A DNA stretch of 32,000 bases from Edaphobacter aggregans (GCF_003945235.1 NZ_RSDW01000001.1:1170001-1202000); one strand, 5' to 3'; shown: positions 7,994-17,229, numbered from the stretch's first letter. Notes: a model not told the origin generated them from the letters alone. Numbers and translations are program-made.

Positions 7994-8785
7994 CTGCCGA
8001 ACACGCCACTGCTCTCCGTCGCCATCATCACGCTCAACGAAGAGGCTAACCTCGCCCGCACCCTCCTGAGCGTCCAGTTCGCCGACGAGATCATCGTCCT
8101 CGACTCCGGCTCAACGGACCGAACCCTCGAGATCGCCCGCTCCTTCGACGCCACCGTCATCTCCGAACCCTGGAAGGGCTTCGCCGCGCAGAAAAACTCC
8201 GCCATTGAAAAATGCACCGGCACCTGGGTCCTCTCGCTCGACGCCGACGAAGAACTAACCGCCGAACTCCAGACCGAGATCCGCGCCCTGCTCCCGCGCA
8301 ACCCCTCTGCCGACGCCTTCCTCCTCAAGCGCCGCAATCTCTTCCTCAACCGTTGGATCCGCCGTGGGGGCTTCTATCCTGACCCCAAGCTCCGGCTGTT
8401 CCGCCGCCATGCTGCCAACTTCGCCCCGCCCGCCCGCTTCACCGACAGGCCCGTCCACGAGACCATCGCCTTCACAGGCAACCTCGAGACACTGCACTCC
8501 GACCTGATCCACCACGCCTACCCCACCCTCGAGAGCTACCTCGAGCACATGGACCGCTACAGCACCCTCGGCGCAAAACTTCTCGTCGCCAAGGGCAAAA
8601 CCAGCCGCTCCGTCGTCGCCTTCGCCTACAACGTCTTCATAATCCCTTTCTCCACCTTCGTCTGGAACTACTTCTTCCGCCTCGGCATCCTCGACGGCCG
8701 CGAGGGCTTCCTGCTGCACCTCTACCACTCCGGTTACACCAGCTGGAAGTACGCTAAAGCCTGGCAGGCCGCACGCAAACCGTAG
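7994..8785 (+). CDS. Family 2 glycosyltransferase (LPS-core/KdtX-like); probable non-canonical CTG start
   Basis: The frame is open from 7928 to the stop at 8783-8785. It encodes LLSVAIITLNEE, VLDSGSTDRT, a LDADE (DxD) motif and the C-terminal membrane-associated part (tracked ORF 8549..8785). There is no in-frame ATG/GTG/TTG before 8549. CTG at 7994 lies 6 nt after AGAGGGA (7981-7987). Confidence 0.8.
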   Translation: MPNTPLLSVAIITLNEEANLARTLLSVQFADEIIVLDSGSTDRTLEIARSFDATVISEPWKGFAAQKNSAIEKCTGTWVLSLDADEELTAELQTEIRALLPRNPSADAFLLKRRNLFLNRWIRRGGFYPDPKLRLFRRHAANFAPPARFTDRPVHETIAFTGNLETLHSDLIHHAYPTLESYLEHMDRYSTLGAKLLVAKGKTSRSVVAFAYNVFIIPFSTFVWNYFFRLGILDGREGFLLHLYHSGYTSWKYAKAWQAARKP

Positions 8786-8809
8786 CGTTCTCCGTGCTAC
8801 AACAGAGGA

Positions 8810-11314
8810 ATGCGCTCACGTCTGGCCCTCGGCCTCCTGCTCCTGGCGACCTCGTTCCCCGTCCTCACAGCCCAGTCCTCGACACCGACCATCGCCAGCA
8901 AAACCGCCGGCATGAACCGCATCGACGGCCTTCTGCCCATCACCTGGGACGCCAAAGCCGGCAAGCTCTACCTCGAGATCCCCCACTTCGACGCCGCTGG
9001 CAATAGCCAGGACTTCCTCTACACCCACTCCCTCCCCTACGGCACCGGCTCCAACGACCTCGGCCTCGACCGCGGCCAGATCTCCGAAGGCGCCATCGTC
9101 CGATTCCAGCGCACCGGCCCCAAAGTCCTCCTCGTCCAGCCGAACGAAGCCTTCCGCTCCTCCTCTACCGACTCCGCCGAACAACTCGCCGTCCGCCAGT
9201 CCTTTCCCGAGTCGGTTCTCTACGGCTTCAAAGTCGAGGCCGAAGACCCCAGCGGAGCCGTCCTCGTCGACGCCACCAGCTTCTTCGTCCGTGACGCCCA
9301 CGGCGTAGCCGAAACCCTCACCCACCTCAAGCAAGGTACCTTCAAACTCGACGACTCCCGCTCGACCATCTCGCTCGACTCCACCAGAGCCTTCCCCCGC
9401 AACACCGAGGTCGAGGCCATCCTCACCTTCACCACCGACGACCCCTCCAAGGGCGAGTTCGTCACCAACGTCACCCCCGATCCCCACGCCCTCACCGTCC
9501 GCCAGCACCAGTCCTTCATCCAGCTTCCTGACCCCGGCTTCACCCCGCGCCGCTTCGATCCCCGCGCCGGCTACTACCCCATCTCATGGCGCGATTACAC
9601 CGCCCCGCTCGGCGCGAATCTCGATCAACAATTCATCACCCGCCATCGCCTCATCAAAAAAGACCCCTCCTGCAAAACCGCCTGCGAACCGGTAGCCCCC
9701 ATTCAGTACTACGTCGATCGCGGAGCACCCGAGCCCATCCGCACCGCACTCCTCGAAGGTGCTCGCTGGTGGGACCAGGCCTTCCAGGCCGCAGGCTGGG
9801 CTAAAGGCACCTTCCGTGTCGACATCCTTCCCGCCGACGCCGACCCCATGGACGTCCGCTACAACATCATCCAGTGGGTGCACCGCTACACCCGCGGCTG
9901 GAGCTACGGCGAGGGCGTTACCGACCCACGCACCGGCGAGATCATCAAAGGCAACGTCACCCTCGGCTCCCTTCGCGGCCGCCAGGACTACCTCATAGCC
10001 GAAGCCCTCCTCTCGCCCTACGTCACCGGCCAGACCATCACACCAGCCAACGACCCCATGCTCCAGATGGTCCTCCAGCGCATCCGCCAGCTAGCCGCGC
10101 ACGAGACCGGCCACACCCTCGGCCTCGCGCATAACTTCGCCGCCAGCGCCTTCGGAACCACTCTGCCTAACGGCACCTCCGTAATGGACTACCCCCACCC
10201 CTACATCGCCCTCGGCCCCAACGGTATCCCCGACCTCTCCCACGCCTACGCCGTAAACATCGGAGACTGGGACAAAGTCTCCATCGACTACGGCTACCGC
10301 GAGTTCGACCAATCAGCAAAGCCCACCGAAGACACAGCCGCCCTCAACAACATCCTCGAAGCCAGCCAGAAGCGTGGTCTCATCTTTATCTCCGACGCAG
10401 ACGCCCGCCCCCTCGGCAGCGCTCACCCGAACGCACACCTCTGGGACAACGGAGCTGATCCCGCAACGGAGCTGGAACGTATCCTGACCATCCGCAAAGC
10501 CGCACTCGCCCGCTTCGGCGAAAACGCCATCAAGCCCGGCACCCCCATGGCCCAGCTTGAAGACACCCTCGTTCCCCTCTACCTCCTACATCGCTACCAG
10601 ACCGAAGCCACCATCAAGCAGATCGGCGGCCTCGACTACACGTACGCCCTTCGTGGAGACGGGCAGCTCGTCACAAAAATCGTCGCCCCCGCTGACCAGA
10701 AAAAAGCCCTCACCGCCGTCCTCGTCACCCTCTCGCCCGACTTCCTCACCCTCCCCGAGCCACTGCTCGCCATCCTCCCACCCCGTCCCATGGGCCTCCC
10801 CCACACCCGCGAGTCCTTCCCTTCGCAGACCGGCCTCACCTTCGACCCCATTGCCACAGCTGAGGCCTCCGCCGACCTCACCCTCACCGTTCTCCTCGAC
10901 CCCGCTCGCGCCTCCCGTCTCGTCCAGTACCACATGCGCGAACCCGCCGCCCCCTCCCTCCGCGGAGTCCTCGAATCCGTCTCCAAAGTCACCGCCGAAC
11001 GCACCGACGGAGGCCACACCATGTCATCCGAGGTAGGCCGCGCCGTCGAAACCCGCGCACTGGAAGCCATGTTCGCCCTCGCGATGAACCCCGTCGCTTC
11101 CAGCCAGGCCCGCGCCATCACCCGCTCGCACATCAACGACGTCTACAAAGAAATAACCACCGCCCCACCGCTCACGGACACCGCCGAAGCCATCCACCGC
11201 GCCGCCCTCATCGAACGCATCCAGGAGTTCCAGCGCGACCCAGCCAAATTTACCCCAGCCAAACCCATCGAAGCCCCACCCGGCATGCCCATCGGCAACG
11301 ACGAAGAGATGTAA
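8810..11314 (+). CDS. Secreted zinc-dependent metalloprotease (met-zincin, DUF5117/DUF4953-type)
   Basis: Signal peptide ending LTAQS and the zinc motif HETGHTLGLAHNF. The size (834 aa) and domain order match my recollection of this family. Confidence 0.85.
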   Translation: MRSRLALGLLLLATSFPVLTAQSSTPTIASKTAGMNRIDGLLPITWDAKAGKLYLEIPHFDAAGNSQDFLYTHSLPYGTGSNDLGLDRGQISEGAIVRFQRTGPKVLLVQPNEAFRSSSTDSAEQLAVRQSFPESVLYGFKVEAEDPSGAVLVDATSFFVRDAHGVAETLTHLKQGTFKLDDSRSTISLDSTRAFPRNTEVEAILTFTTDDPSKGEFVTNVTPDPHALTVRQHQSFIQLPDPGFTPRRFDPRAGYYPISWRDYTAPLGANLDQQFITRHRLIKKDPSCKTACEPVAPIQYYVDRGAPEPIRTALLEGARWWDQAFQAAGWAKGTFRVDILPADADPMDVRYNIIQWVHRYTRGWSYGEGVTDPRTGEIIKGNVTLGSLRGRQDYLIAEALLSPYVTGQTITPANDPMLQMVLQRIRQLAAHETGHTLGLAHNFAASAFGTTLPNGTSVMDYPHPYIALGPNGIPDLSHAYAVNIGDWDKVSIDYGYREFDQSAKPTEDTAALNNILEASQKRGLIFISDADARPLGSAHPNAHLWDNGADPATELERILTIRKAALARFGENAIKPGTPMAQLEDTLVPLYLLHRYQTEATIKQIGGLDYTYALRGDGQLVTKIVAPADQKKALTAVLVTLSPDFLTLPEPLLAILPPRPMGLPHTRESFPSQTGLTFDPIATAEASADLTLTVLLDPARASRLVQYHMREPAAPSLRGVLESVSKVTAERTDGGHTMSSEVGRAVETRALEAMFALAMNPVASSQARAITRSHINDVYKEITTAPPLTDTAEAIHRAALIERIQEFQRDPAKFTPAKPIEAPPGMPIGNDEEM

Positions 11315-11329
11315 TTCGGACGTAGCTTC

Positions 11330-11424
11330 GTCATCATCTTTGTCGTTGCCTTTTTGATTGTCATCCTTCGCGAAGCGGAGGATCTGCTTTGCCTGTTTCA
11401 GCTCGTCATTCCGGCATCGTCATC
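11330..11424. repeat. Dispersed hairpin repeat, copy A (GTCATCC..GGATCTGCTT core with T/G-rich flanks)
   Basis: Core GTCATCCttcgcgaagcggaGGATCTGCTT (11360-11389). Inverted repeat ATCCT (11363-11367) / AGGAT (11379-11383). Extra GTCATY motifs at 11330, 11405 and 11419. Shares its core and flanks with copy C. Confidence 0.7.
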
Positions 11425-11509
11425 TCGCGTCCAAAAACACCCTTATAATTTGCTGCGAGAAGTGATTTGATCGTATTTGCTAAGCGGATTAGACGAGGCG
11501 GGAATTTCT

Positions 11510-12115
11510 ATGACCCGAACGGCTCCAGCAGCGCTCTTGACTTTGATATCGATCTGTTTACCTGCTCAAGACAACACCGTACCTGCTCCCGAGCCAGTGG
11601 CTTTCTCATTAGTGGAGGGAAGTACGGATCTCAGCCCTCATGGGATAAACGCCAGTTCTTGCATCTCAGTTACCTCGAACGGGCACTTCCACATCGAAAT
11701 GAGGTTCCAGCAACTTCCACAGGACTACGCAACGCTGCACATCTACGAGTCATCGCTCGATGATTTCCAGATGCAGCGATTGAAGAATCTATTGAACAGC
11801 CAGAGCATTCGCGATCTCGCCCCCTATACACACCCGATAACTCCCATGCTGGGCCGCTACTTCTCGGAGGTATATGTACACATTCCACGCGAGCACACAT
11901 CACAAAACATCGGGTATCTCATGTGGGATGAACAAACGGCAACGCCGAACGCATCTCCAGAATCCACCCCAGCGGCGATTAAGGAAGAATGGCGTTCCGC
12001 CCGCACTACACTTGTGCCTCTGGTGCAATGGTTCCACGAAGTTGAGGGGATGAAATGGCCGGAAGTTCCCGCGTCCCGTTCCAATCTGTGTGGCCTGAAT
12101 TTGGGCAATTGGTAG
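11510..12115 (+). CDS. Secreted hypothetical protein (lower-GC accessory gene)
   Basis: The ORF track starts at TTG 11477. ATG 11510 gives a plausible signal peptide (MTRTAPAALLTLISICLPAQ). I recognise no family. Codon third positions are much less GC-biased than in flanking genes. Confidence 0.6.
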   Translation: MTRTAPAALLTLISICLPAQDNTVPAPEPVAFSLVEGSTDLSPHGINASSCISVTSNGHFHIEMRFQQLPQDYATLHIYESSLDDFQMQRLKNLLNSQSIRDLAPYTHPITPMLGRYFSEVYVHIPREHTSQNIGYLMWDEQTATPNASPESTPAAIKEEWRSARTTLVPLVQWFHEVEGMKWPEVPASRSNLCGLNLGNW

Positions 12116-12168
12116 ATCCAGCATCCCATGCAGTTGATTCCGACCATCCGCTGACATAAGTTGTTTGG

Positions 12169-13038
12169 ATGAGAATTCCCGCTGCTGCACTACTCCTCGC
12201 GTCGATCTTTGGAACCTGGTTTACGTCCGCGCAGACTCCGAGCGCCACAATTGGGCCTGGAGCGTTCGTGGAGGTCGATGGAGCTCGACTCCATTACGAG
12301 GAGTGTGGCAGCGGACCTAAAGCGGTAATCCTGCTTCACGACGGGGTGGTCAATTCCGCCGTCTGGGATGACGTATGGCCCGCCTTCTGCAAACAGTTCC
12401 ATACCATCCGTTACGACCGGCGAGGATACGGGCGCTCGACCGCCACCACCAAACCTTACTTCGAGGCCGATGATATCGCGGCTCTCCTGCTCGATCGCAA
12501 GATTAGTCAGGCTGCTCTTGTGGCCAGTTCCCATGGCGGCAATGTTGCTCTCAACTTTGCGCTCCGCTATCCCGCGCAGGTTAGCGATCTGGTGCTCGTC
12601 GGTCCGGCAGCGGAGGGCTTTCCCTACTCAGAACACTTCATCATGAGCCAGATGCCGTTTCAGAACTCGAAGGATCCGGTAGAAGCGCGCGCTCAAAGTA
12701 CCTACTTTATCCTTCTGGGCCATGATGCTGCCCGCGAACACCTACGCAGTCTTCTCATGGCTTCCCCTCAAGACCACAAACACGACGATATGCCGTTACC
12801 GGAGAAGCCGGTTTTTCCGTATGTGCAGGACCTTCGAATGCCAACGTTGATTCTCATCGGTTCCGGCGACCTCGCAGACAATCAAGCCGTAGCAGGTGCA
12901 CTCGTAATGGCAATACCGGGAGCTGCCCGCATCGTAGTACCCGATACAGGCCACTTGATGTATCTGGAAAAACCAGAGGAATTTTTCTCCCTGGTGAGCA
13001 GGTTCCTTATAGCTCACGGTTTCCAAACAAACGGATAA
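12169..13038 (+). CDS. Secreted alpha/beta-fold hydrolase
   Basis: Signal peptide; HG-type oxyanion segment VILLHDG; nucleophile elbow ASSHGG; C-terminal His (PDTGHLMYLEKPEEF). Confidence 0.85.
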   Translation: MRIPAAALLLASIFGTWFTSAQTPSATIGPGAFVEVDGARLHYEECGSGPKAVILLHDGVVNSAVWDDVWPAFCKQFHTIRYDRRGYGRSTATTKPYFEADDIAALLLDRKISQAALVASSHGGNVALNFALRYPAQVSDLVLVGPAAEGFPYSEHFIMSQMPFQNSKDPVEARAQSTYFILLGHDAAREHLRSLLMASPQDHKHDDMPLPEKPVFPYVQDLRMPTLILIGSGDLADNQAVAGALVMAIPGAARIVVPDTGHLMYLEKPEEFFSLVSRFLIAHGFQTNG

Positions 13039-13188
13039 GGGCGTGCGAGGTGCCATCTTCGGCACAGCCCAGTCCTCACCTCACTGCGGCCATTCCATCT
13101 TCTCCCCCTGTTTCAGCGCGACCAGCAGCAGATCGTCGAGAACAACGTCATGCTCGTCCACTACAACACTGAATGTGCAAACTAGCGC

Positions 13189-13698
13189 TCAGCTCGACAC
13201 TCGCTCAGACTCCCTCCACTTCGAATCGGCCAGAACCACCGAAGTCTCAATCTGCCGTTCAGGCACGGTCCAATACTTTTTGAGCAGCCGATTCTTCTCC
13301 TCAGAACCGACAACCTCGAAGCCATATCTTTCGTAAAACCGAATCGCCCACACCGCATCGGCCCACGTCCCAATCAATACGGGACCATCAGCCATTTCCC
13401 GCAGATGAGAGAGCAAACGCGCCCCGATCCCCTGCTTCTGGCTGCCGGTCCGAACATAAGCGTGCCGGATGAGGGTCACATCCTGAACCGGCTGAATCCC
13501 CATGACGCCTGCAAGTGTCCCATCCTCTTCGCAGCCCCAGAACACGACGCCGTCATTGATCTCATGCCGCAGCTTCTCTTGCGACATGTAGGGCTCCGTC
13601 CAACGATCCGCCGGAATGATCCCCTTATAAGCCTGCGAGCCGTCGTTGATGATGGTCCAAATCACCTCAAAATCACGGTCGTCACAGCGGCGGATCAT
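13189..13698 (-). CDS. GNAT family N-acetyltransferase
   Basis: 169 aa with the acetyl-CoA-binding motif A region VRTGSQKQGIGARLLSHL and FYERYGFE near the C-terminus. Confidence 0.85.
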   Translation of the reverse strand: MIRRCDDRDFEVIWTIINDGSQAYKGIIPADRWTEPYMSQEKLRHEINDGVVFWGCEEDGTLAGVMGIQPVQDVTLIRHAYVRTGSQKQGIGARLLSHLREMADGPVLIGTWADAVWAIRFYERYGFEVVGSEEKNRLLKKYWTVPERQIETSVVLADSKWRESERVSS

Positions 13699-13855
13699 GA
13701 ATCTCGGCCTCCTGAACTGACATTTAGGGATGCACCCCTGATCGGTTAGACGATCATACCCGGCGCATAAACTCCAATTATTCGAAGACTTTAGGATTTA
13801 AGGTATGGGAGGGGATATACCCACACAACAAACCAGACCGTATACTCAGACCCGC

Positions 13856-14272
13856 ATGACAAAGCCACCCATCCGCGTCCTCGTAGCCAAGCCCGGCCTC
13901 GACGGCCACGACCGCGGCGCCAAAATCATCGCCCGCGCCCTCCGCGACGCTGGCATGGAGGTCATCTACACCGGCCTACGCCAGACCCCCGAGATGATCG
14001 TCAACGCCGCCATCCAGGAAGACGTCGACTGCATCGGCCTCTCCATCCTCTCCGGCGCCCACAACGTCATCGTCCCCCGCATCGCCGAGTTGCTTCGCGA
14101 ACAGAAAGCCGACGACATACTCCTCGTCCTCGGAGGCACCATTCCCGACGAGGATGCCCCCGCCTTAAAAGAAAACGGCGTCGCCGCCATCTTCGGGCCG
14201 GGAACGCCGCTTGAAACCACCATCAACTTCATCCGCGAGAACGTAAAACCCCGCGGCCTGCTTACGATCTAG
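13856..14272 (+). CDS. Stand-alone cobalamin (B12)-binding domain protein, methylmalonyl-CoA-mutase small-subunit type
   Basis: [19 protein letters not shown] contains the DxHxxG B12-binding motif, followed by SILSGAH and GGTIP. The longest ORF starts at 13805. I prefer ATG 13856 ([10 protein letters not shown]) by comparison with family N-termini, but the start is uncertain. Confidence 0.85.
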   Translation: MTKPPIRVLVAKPGLDGHDRGAKIIARALRDAGMEVIYTGLRQTPEMIVNAAIQEDVDCIGLSILSGAHNVIVPRIAELLREQKADDILLVLGGTIPDEDAPALKENGVAAIFGPGTPLETTINFIRENVKPRGLLTI

Positions 14273-14275
14273 CCC

Positions 14276-15016
14276 TTACCAAGGCAGCGCCTTCCCCATA
14301 TGGAAGTACCCACCCGTAGGCCCATCCTCAGGCAGCGTCGCCAACTCAACCGAGGTCTTCGCTCCGTCCTCAATCTCAAGTTGAGCGCCCTCGCCACCCA
14401 TATCCGTCTTCACCCAACCGGGGTGCGCCGAGTTCACCTTAATTTTTGTCCCCTTCAGTTCATGGGCCAGATGAACGGTGAAAGAGTTCAGCGCCACCTT
14501 CGACGTATCGTAAGCAAAGGTCTTTGCGTCGTAGATAAACGAGCCAGGCGTAGCATGAAGCGTCAACGAACCAAGAATGCTCGACAGGTTCACGATCCGG
14601 CCAGCCTCACTCTTTCGCAGCAACGGCAGCAACGCTTGCGTAAGACCTACAACAGCAAAGAAGTTAGTATCGAATGTCTTACGTAACATCTCAGGGGAAG
14701 TTGTACTCGTCTCATTCCCCTTCCGGTTATCGATCATGATGCCCGCATTGTTGATGAGGATATCGAGCCGTCCAAAGTCTTTCTCGATCGTCTTCGCAAC
14801 AGCTGCGTAGTCAGCCGGATTATCCACGTCGATCTTGATGGCGCGAGCATCAACGCCGTCCTTCTTCAACTCCGCAACAGCGGCCTCGCCCTTCGCCAGG
14901 TCTCGCGCACCAACCAGAATCGTAACGTCCAGCTTACCTAACTGCCGCGCGGTCTCCAGACCAATACCCTTGTTCGCGCCAGTAATCAGCGCAACCTTCT
15001 TTGCATCAGCACTCAT
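14276..15016 (-). CDS. Short-chain dehydrogenase/reductase (SDR), carbonyl-reductase-like
   Basis: TGANKGIG cofactor motif, NNAG, and a catalytic YDTSK (YxxxK). Confidence 0.9.
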   Translation of the reverse strand: MSADAKKVALITGANKGIGLETARQLGKLDVTILVGARDLAKGEAAVAELKKDGVDARAIKIDVDNPADYAAVAKTIEKDFGRLDILINNAGIMIDNRKGNETSTTSPEMLRKTFDTNFFAVVGLTQALLPLLRKSEAGRIVNLSSILGSLTLHATPGSFIYDAKTFAYDTSKVALNSFTVHLAHELKGTKIKVNSAHPGWVKTDMGGEGAQLEIEDGAKTSVELATLPEDGPTGGYFHMGKALPW

Positions 15017-15052
15017 GTGATCTTTCCTCGTCTGCCACGAAATGGCGAATGA

Positions 15053-15493
15053 CTATCTGATGAGATGCTCGGCAAAACGGTCCGCATATTTCTTCGGCAG
15101 CGGCATCCTCTTCATATCCTTGCCCACAACGATATGCACAGTCTCTCCCTCGCACAACAACCGATGATCCGCCGCCCTAACAATCCTGTAACCGAACCGG
15201 ATCACCGGGCCACGAACCGCGAGCAGCCGAGTCTGTATCACCAGCTCATCGTCATACTGCGCCGGAGCCTTGAACCGCGCCGACACATCCGCCACCGCGA
15301 TCCCGCACCCTTCCTCGCGCTCCATCGACTTGTAATCCAACCCTAATTGCCGGATGTACTCCACACGCCCCACCTCAAACCAAACCAGATAGTTCGCGTG
15401 ATACACCACGCCCATCTGATCCGTCTCGGCATACCGTACTCGCACCTTCGTCTCGGCGACGAACGGCTTCGCTACTACAGCTTTACTCATCAA
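15053..15493 (-). CDS. Acyl-CoA thioesterase, YbgC/4HBT hotdog family
   Basis: VRYAETDQMGVVYHANYLVWFE signature of YbgC-type thioesterases; 146 aa. Confidence 0.85.
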   Translation of the reverse strand: MMSKAVVAKPFVAETKVRVRYAETDQMGVVYHANYLVWFEVGRVEYIRQLGLDYKSMEREEGCGIAVADVSARFKAPAQYDDELVIQTRLLAVRGPVIRFGYRIVRAADHRLLCEGETVHIVVGKDMKRMPLPKKYADRFAEHLIR

Positions 15494-15555
15494 ATCAGTC
15501 TATCGAATCCACTCATCTGACCACGGACAATCGGTGTCATCGGTGCAAATCGGCG

Positions 15556-16338
15556 TTAAGCCTTCCCCCACACTGGCTTCCGCTTCTCCAGAAACGACGT
15601 CACGCCCTCGCGGAAATCATGCATCATCTTCGCCTCCGAATTCGCCGCCAACGAGTGCGCAATCGCCGCATCCAGCCACACCTGGTTCTGCGCCGCCAGC
15701 AGCTTCTTCGTCGCCGCCATCGACTGCGGACTATTCCCCTTCAGACACCTCGCCAGGTCATACACCCTCGCCGACAGCTGCCCATCCGCAACTACCTCAT
15801 TCACCAACCCGAGTTCCAACGCTTCCTCCGACTGGAACAACCGTCCCGTCAGCAGCAGTCCCCGAGCCTGCTTGTCCCCAATCTGCAGCGTCAAGAACGC
15901 CGACACCAGCGCCGGCACAAACCCGATCTTCACCTCGGTAAATCCAAACTTCACGCCCGGAGCAGCCAGCGTAAAGTCACAGATCGCTGCCAATCCCGTC
16001 CCTCCGGCAATCGCCGCACCATGCACCATCGCGATCGTCGGCTTCGGCAACTCGTACAACATGCGAAACAGCCGTGCCGTTCTCTCCGCATCCGCAACAT
16101 GCTCCGCCTGCGACTTATCCGCCATGGACTGCAGGTGCACCATGTCCAGCCCCGCGCAGAACGCCTGCCCCGCGCCCGCCAGCACCACCACACGAGAATG
16201 CCCCACCGCAGCCTTCTCCAACGCAGCGATCAGTTCATCCTGCATCTCCGGCGTCATCGCATTCCTGCGGTCCGGACGATTCAGCATGATCGTCTTAATC
16301 CCATCTTCTTCCGTCACCAGAATCGTCTTGTAGCTCAT
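15556..16338 (-). CDS. Enoyl-CoA hydratase/isomerase (crotonase); methylglutaconyl-CoA hydratase candidate by context
   Basis: Crotonase fold motifs (LNRPDRRNAM, AFCAGLD, GAAIAGG, FTEVKIG). Sits next to an HMG-CoA lyase and a carboxyltransferase. Confidence 0.85.
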   Translation of the reverse strand: MSYKTILVTEEDGIKTIMLNRPDRRNAMTPEMQDELIAALEKAAVGHSRVVVLAGAGQAFCAGLDMVHLQSMADKSQAEHVADAERTARLFRMLYELPKPTIAMVHGAAIAGGTGLAAICDFTLAAPGVKFGFTEVKIGFVPALVSAFLTLQIGDKQARGLLLTGRLFQSEEALELGLVNEVVADGQLSARVYDLARCLKGNSPQSMAATKKLLAAQNQVWLDAAIAHSLAANSEAKMMHDFREGVTSFLEKRKPVWGKA

Positions 16339-16365
16339 TTGGCCCCTTCACTCCCGTGCTGAATC

Positions 16366-17229
16366 CTACTGCACTTTAGCTCCATACTTCCGAGAAATCT
16401 CCGCACTCGCCGACAATAACGAATCCAGCGGACCGAACGGAGGCAACTCCGCCCCCAGCGCCTTCAACTCCTCCAACACTACCTCCGTCGCGAGGTTGCC
16501 GACCAGCACATCCTGCGCAAACGGACACCCGCCCAGCCCTCCCATCGCCGCATCGAAGCGCCTGCAACCAGCACTATACGCCGCCCGCACTAACTCTCGC
16601 GCTCCGTCATACCGCGCATGTAGATGCACCCCAATCTCAATGCCATCATGCACGGCCATCACATCGCTCACCACATCGGCCACCAGCTTCGGCGTCGCCA
16701 GTCCCACCGTATCCGCCAGCGAGATCTGCGTGACCCCGGAATCCACCAGCAGATCGCACGCATCCACCACCTCATCGATGCTCCACGCATCACCATAAGG
16801 ATTCCCAAACGCCATCGAGATATAAGCCACCACATCCAACCCTGCCTTATACCCCAGTGTCCCCACAGCCTCCAGAGCCTCCAGCGACTCCTCCGGCGTC
16901 TGATTCTGATTTCGCTGCAAAAATCCCGGCGATATCGAATACGGAAATCCCAGCGTCTGCACCGCCTCAGTCTTGATCGCCCGCTCCGCACCCTTCCCGT
17001 TCACAACGATGCCGATAATCTCCACATCATCCGGAGGATCGAGATACTCCAACACCTTCTCCGAGTCCGCCATCTGCGGCACCGCCGCCGCCGAAACAAA
17101 ACTCACCGCATCGATATGCCTGAACCCAGCCGCAATCAAAACCCGCAGATAGTCCGCCTTCACCTCAGCCGGCATATGTACCGGCAACCCCTGCCAAGCA
17201 TCCCGCGGACACTCGATAATCTTCACCAT
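16366..17229 (-). CDS. Hydroxymethylglutaryl-CoA lyase (HMGL-like)
   Basis: ECPRDAWQG (catalytic Arg-Asp), HLHAR (HxH metal ligands) and GLGGCPFA (catalytic Cys loop), compared by eye with human HMGCL. Confidence 0.85.
   Translation of the reverse strand: MVKIIECPRDAWQGLPVHMPAEVKADYLRVLIAAGFRHIDAVSFVSAAAVPQMADSEKVLEYLDPPDDVEIIGIVVNGKGAERAIKTEAVQTLGFPYSISPGFLQRNQNQTPEESLEALEAVGTLGYKAGLDVVAYISMAFGNPYGDAWSIDEVVDACDLLVDSGVTQISLADTVGLATPKLVADVVSDVMAVHDGIEIGVHLHARYDGARELVRAAYSAGCRRFDAAMGGLGGCPFAQDVLVGNLATEVVLEELKALGAELPPFGPLDSLLSASAEISRKYGAKVQ

Noticed and set aside
7963-8349. 128-aa minus-strand ORF, the only sizeable tracked ORF over the 5' half of the GT2 region
   Set aside because: The plus-strand frame encodes unmistakable GT2 motifs across the same nucleotides. 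The minus ORF is Ser/Arg-rich and has no recognisable features.
13050-13065. Hairpin GTGCC-ATCTTC-GGCAC after the alpha/beta hydrolase gene as a terminator
   Set aside because: The stem is only 5 bp and there is no T-tract. That is too weak to call, although it may contribute to termination between the convergent genes.
13699-13855. Possible cobalamin riboswitch upstream of the B12-binding-domain gene
   Set aside because: The spacer is only about 105-155 nt and is shared with a divergent gene. I could not find the conserved B12-box or the multi-stem architecture.
15619-16362. 247-aa plus-strand ORF (similar long ORFs at 16624..17337, 22027..22818, 23792..24520, 17959..18525 and 701..1450)
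   Set aside because: All are antisense or out of frame relative to confidently identified enzymes. All have extreme Arg/His/Pro composition. They are high-GC shadow ORFs.
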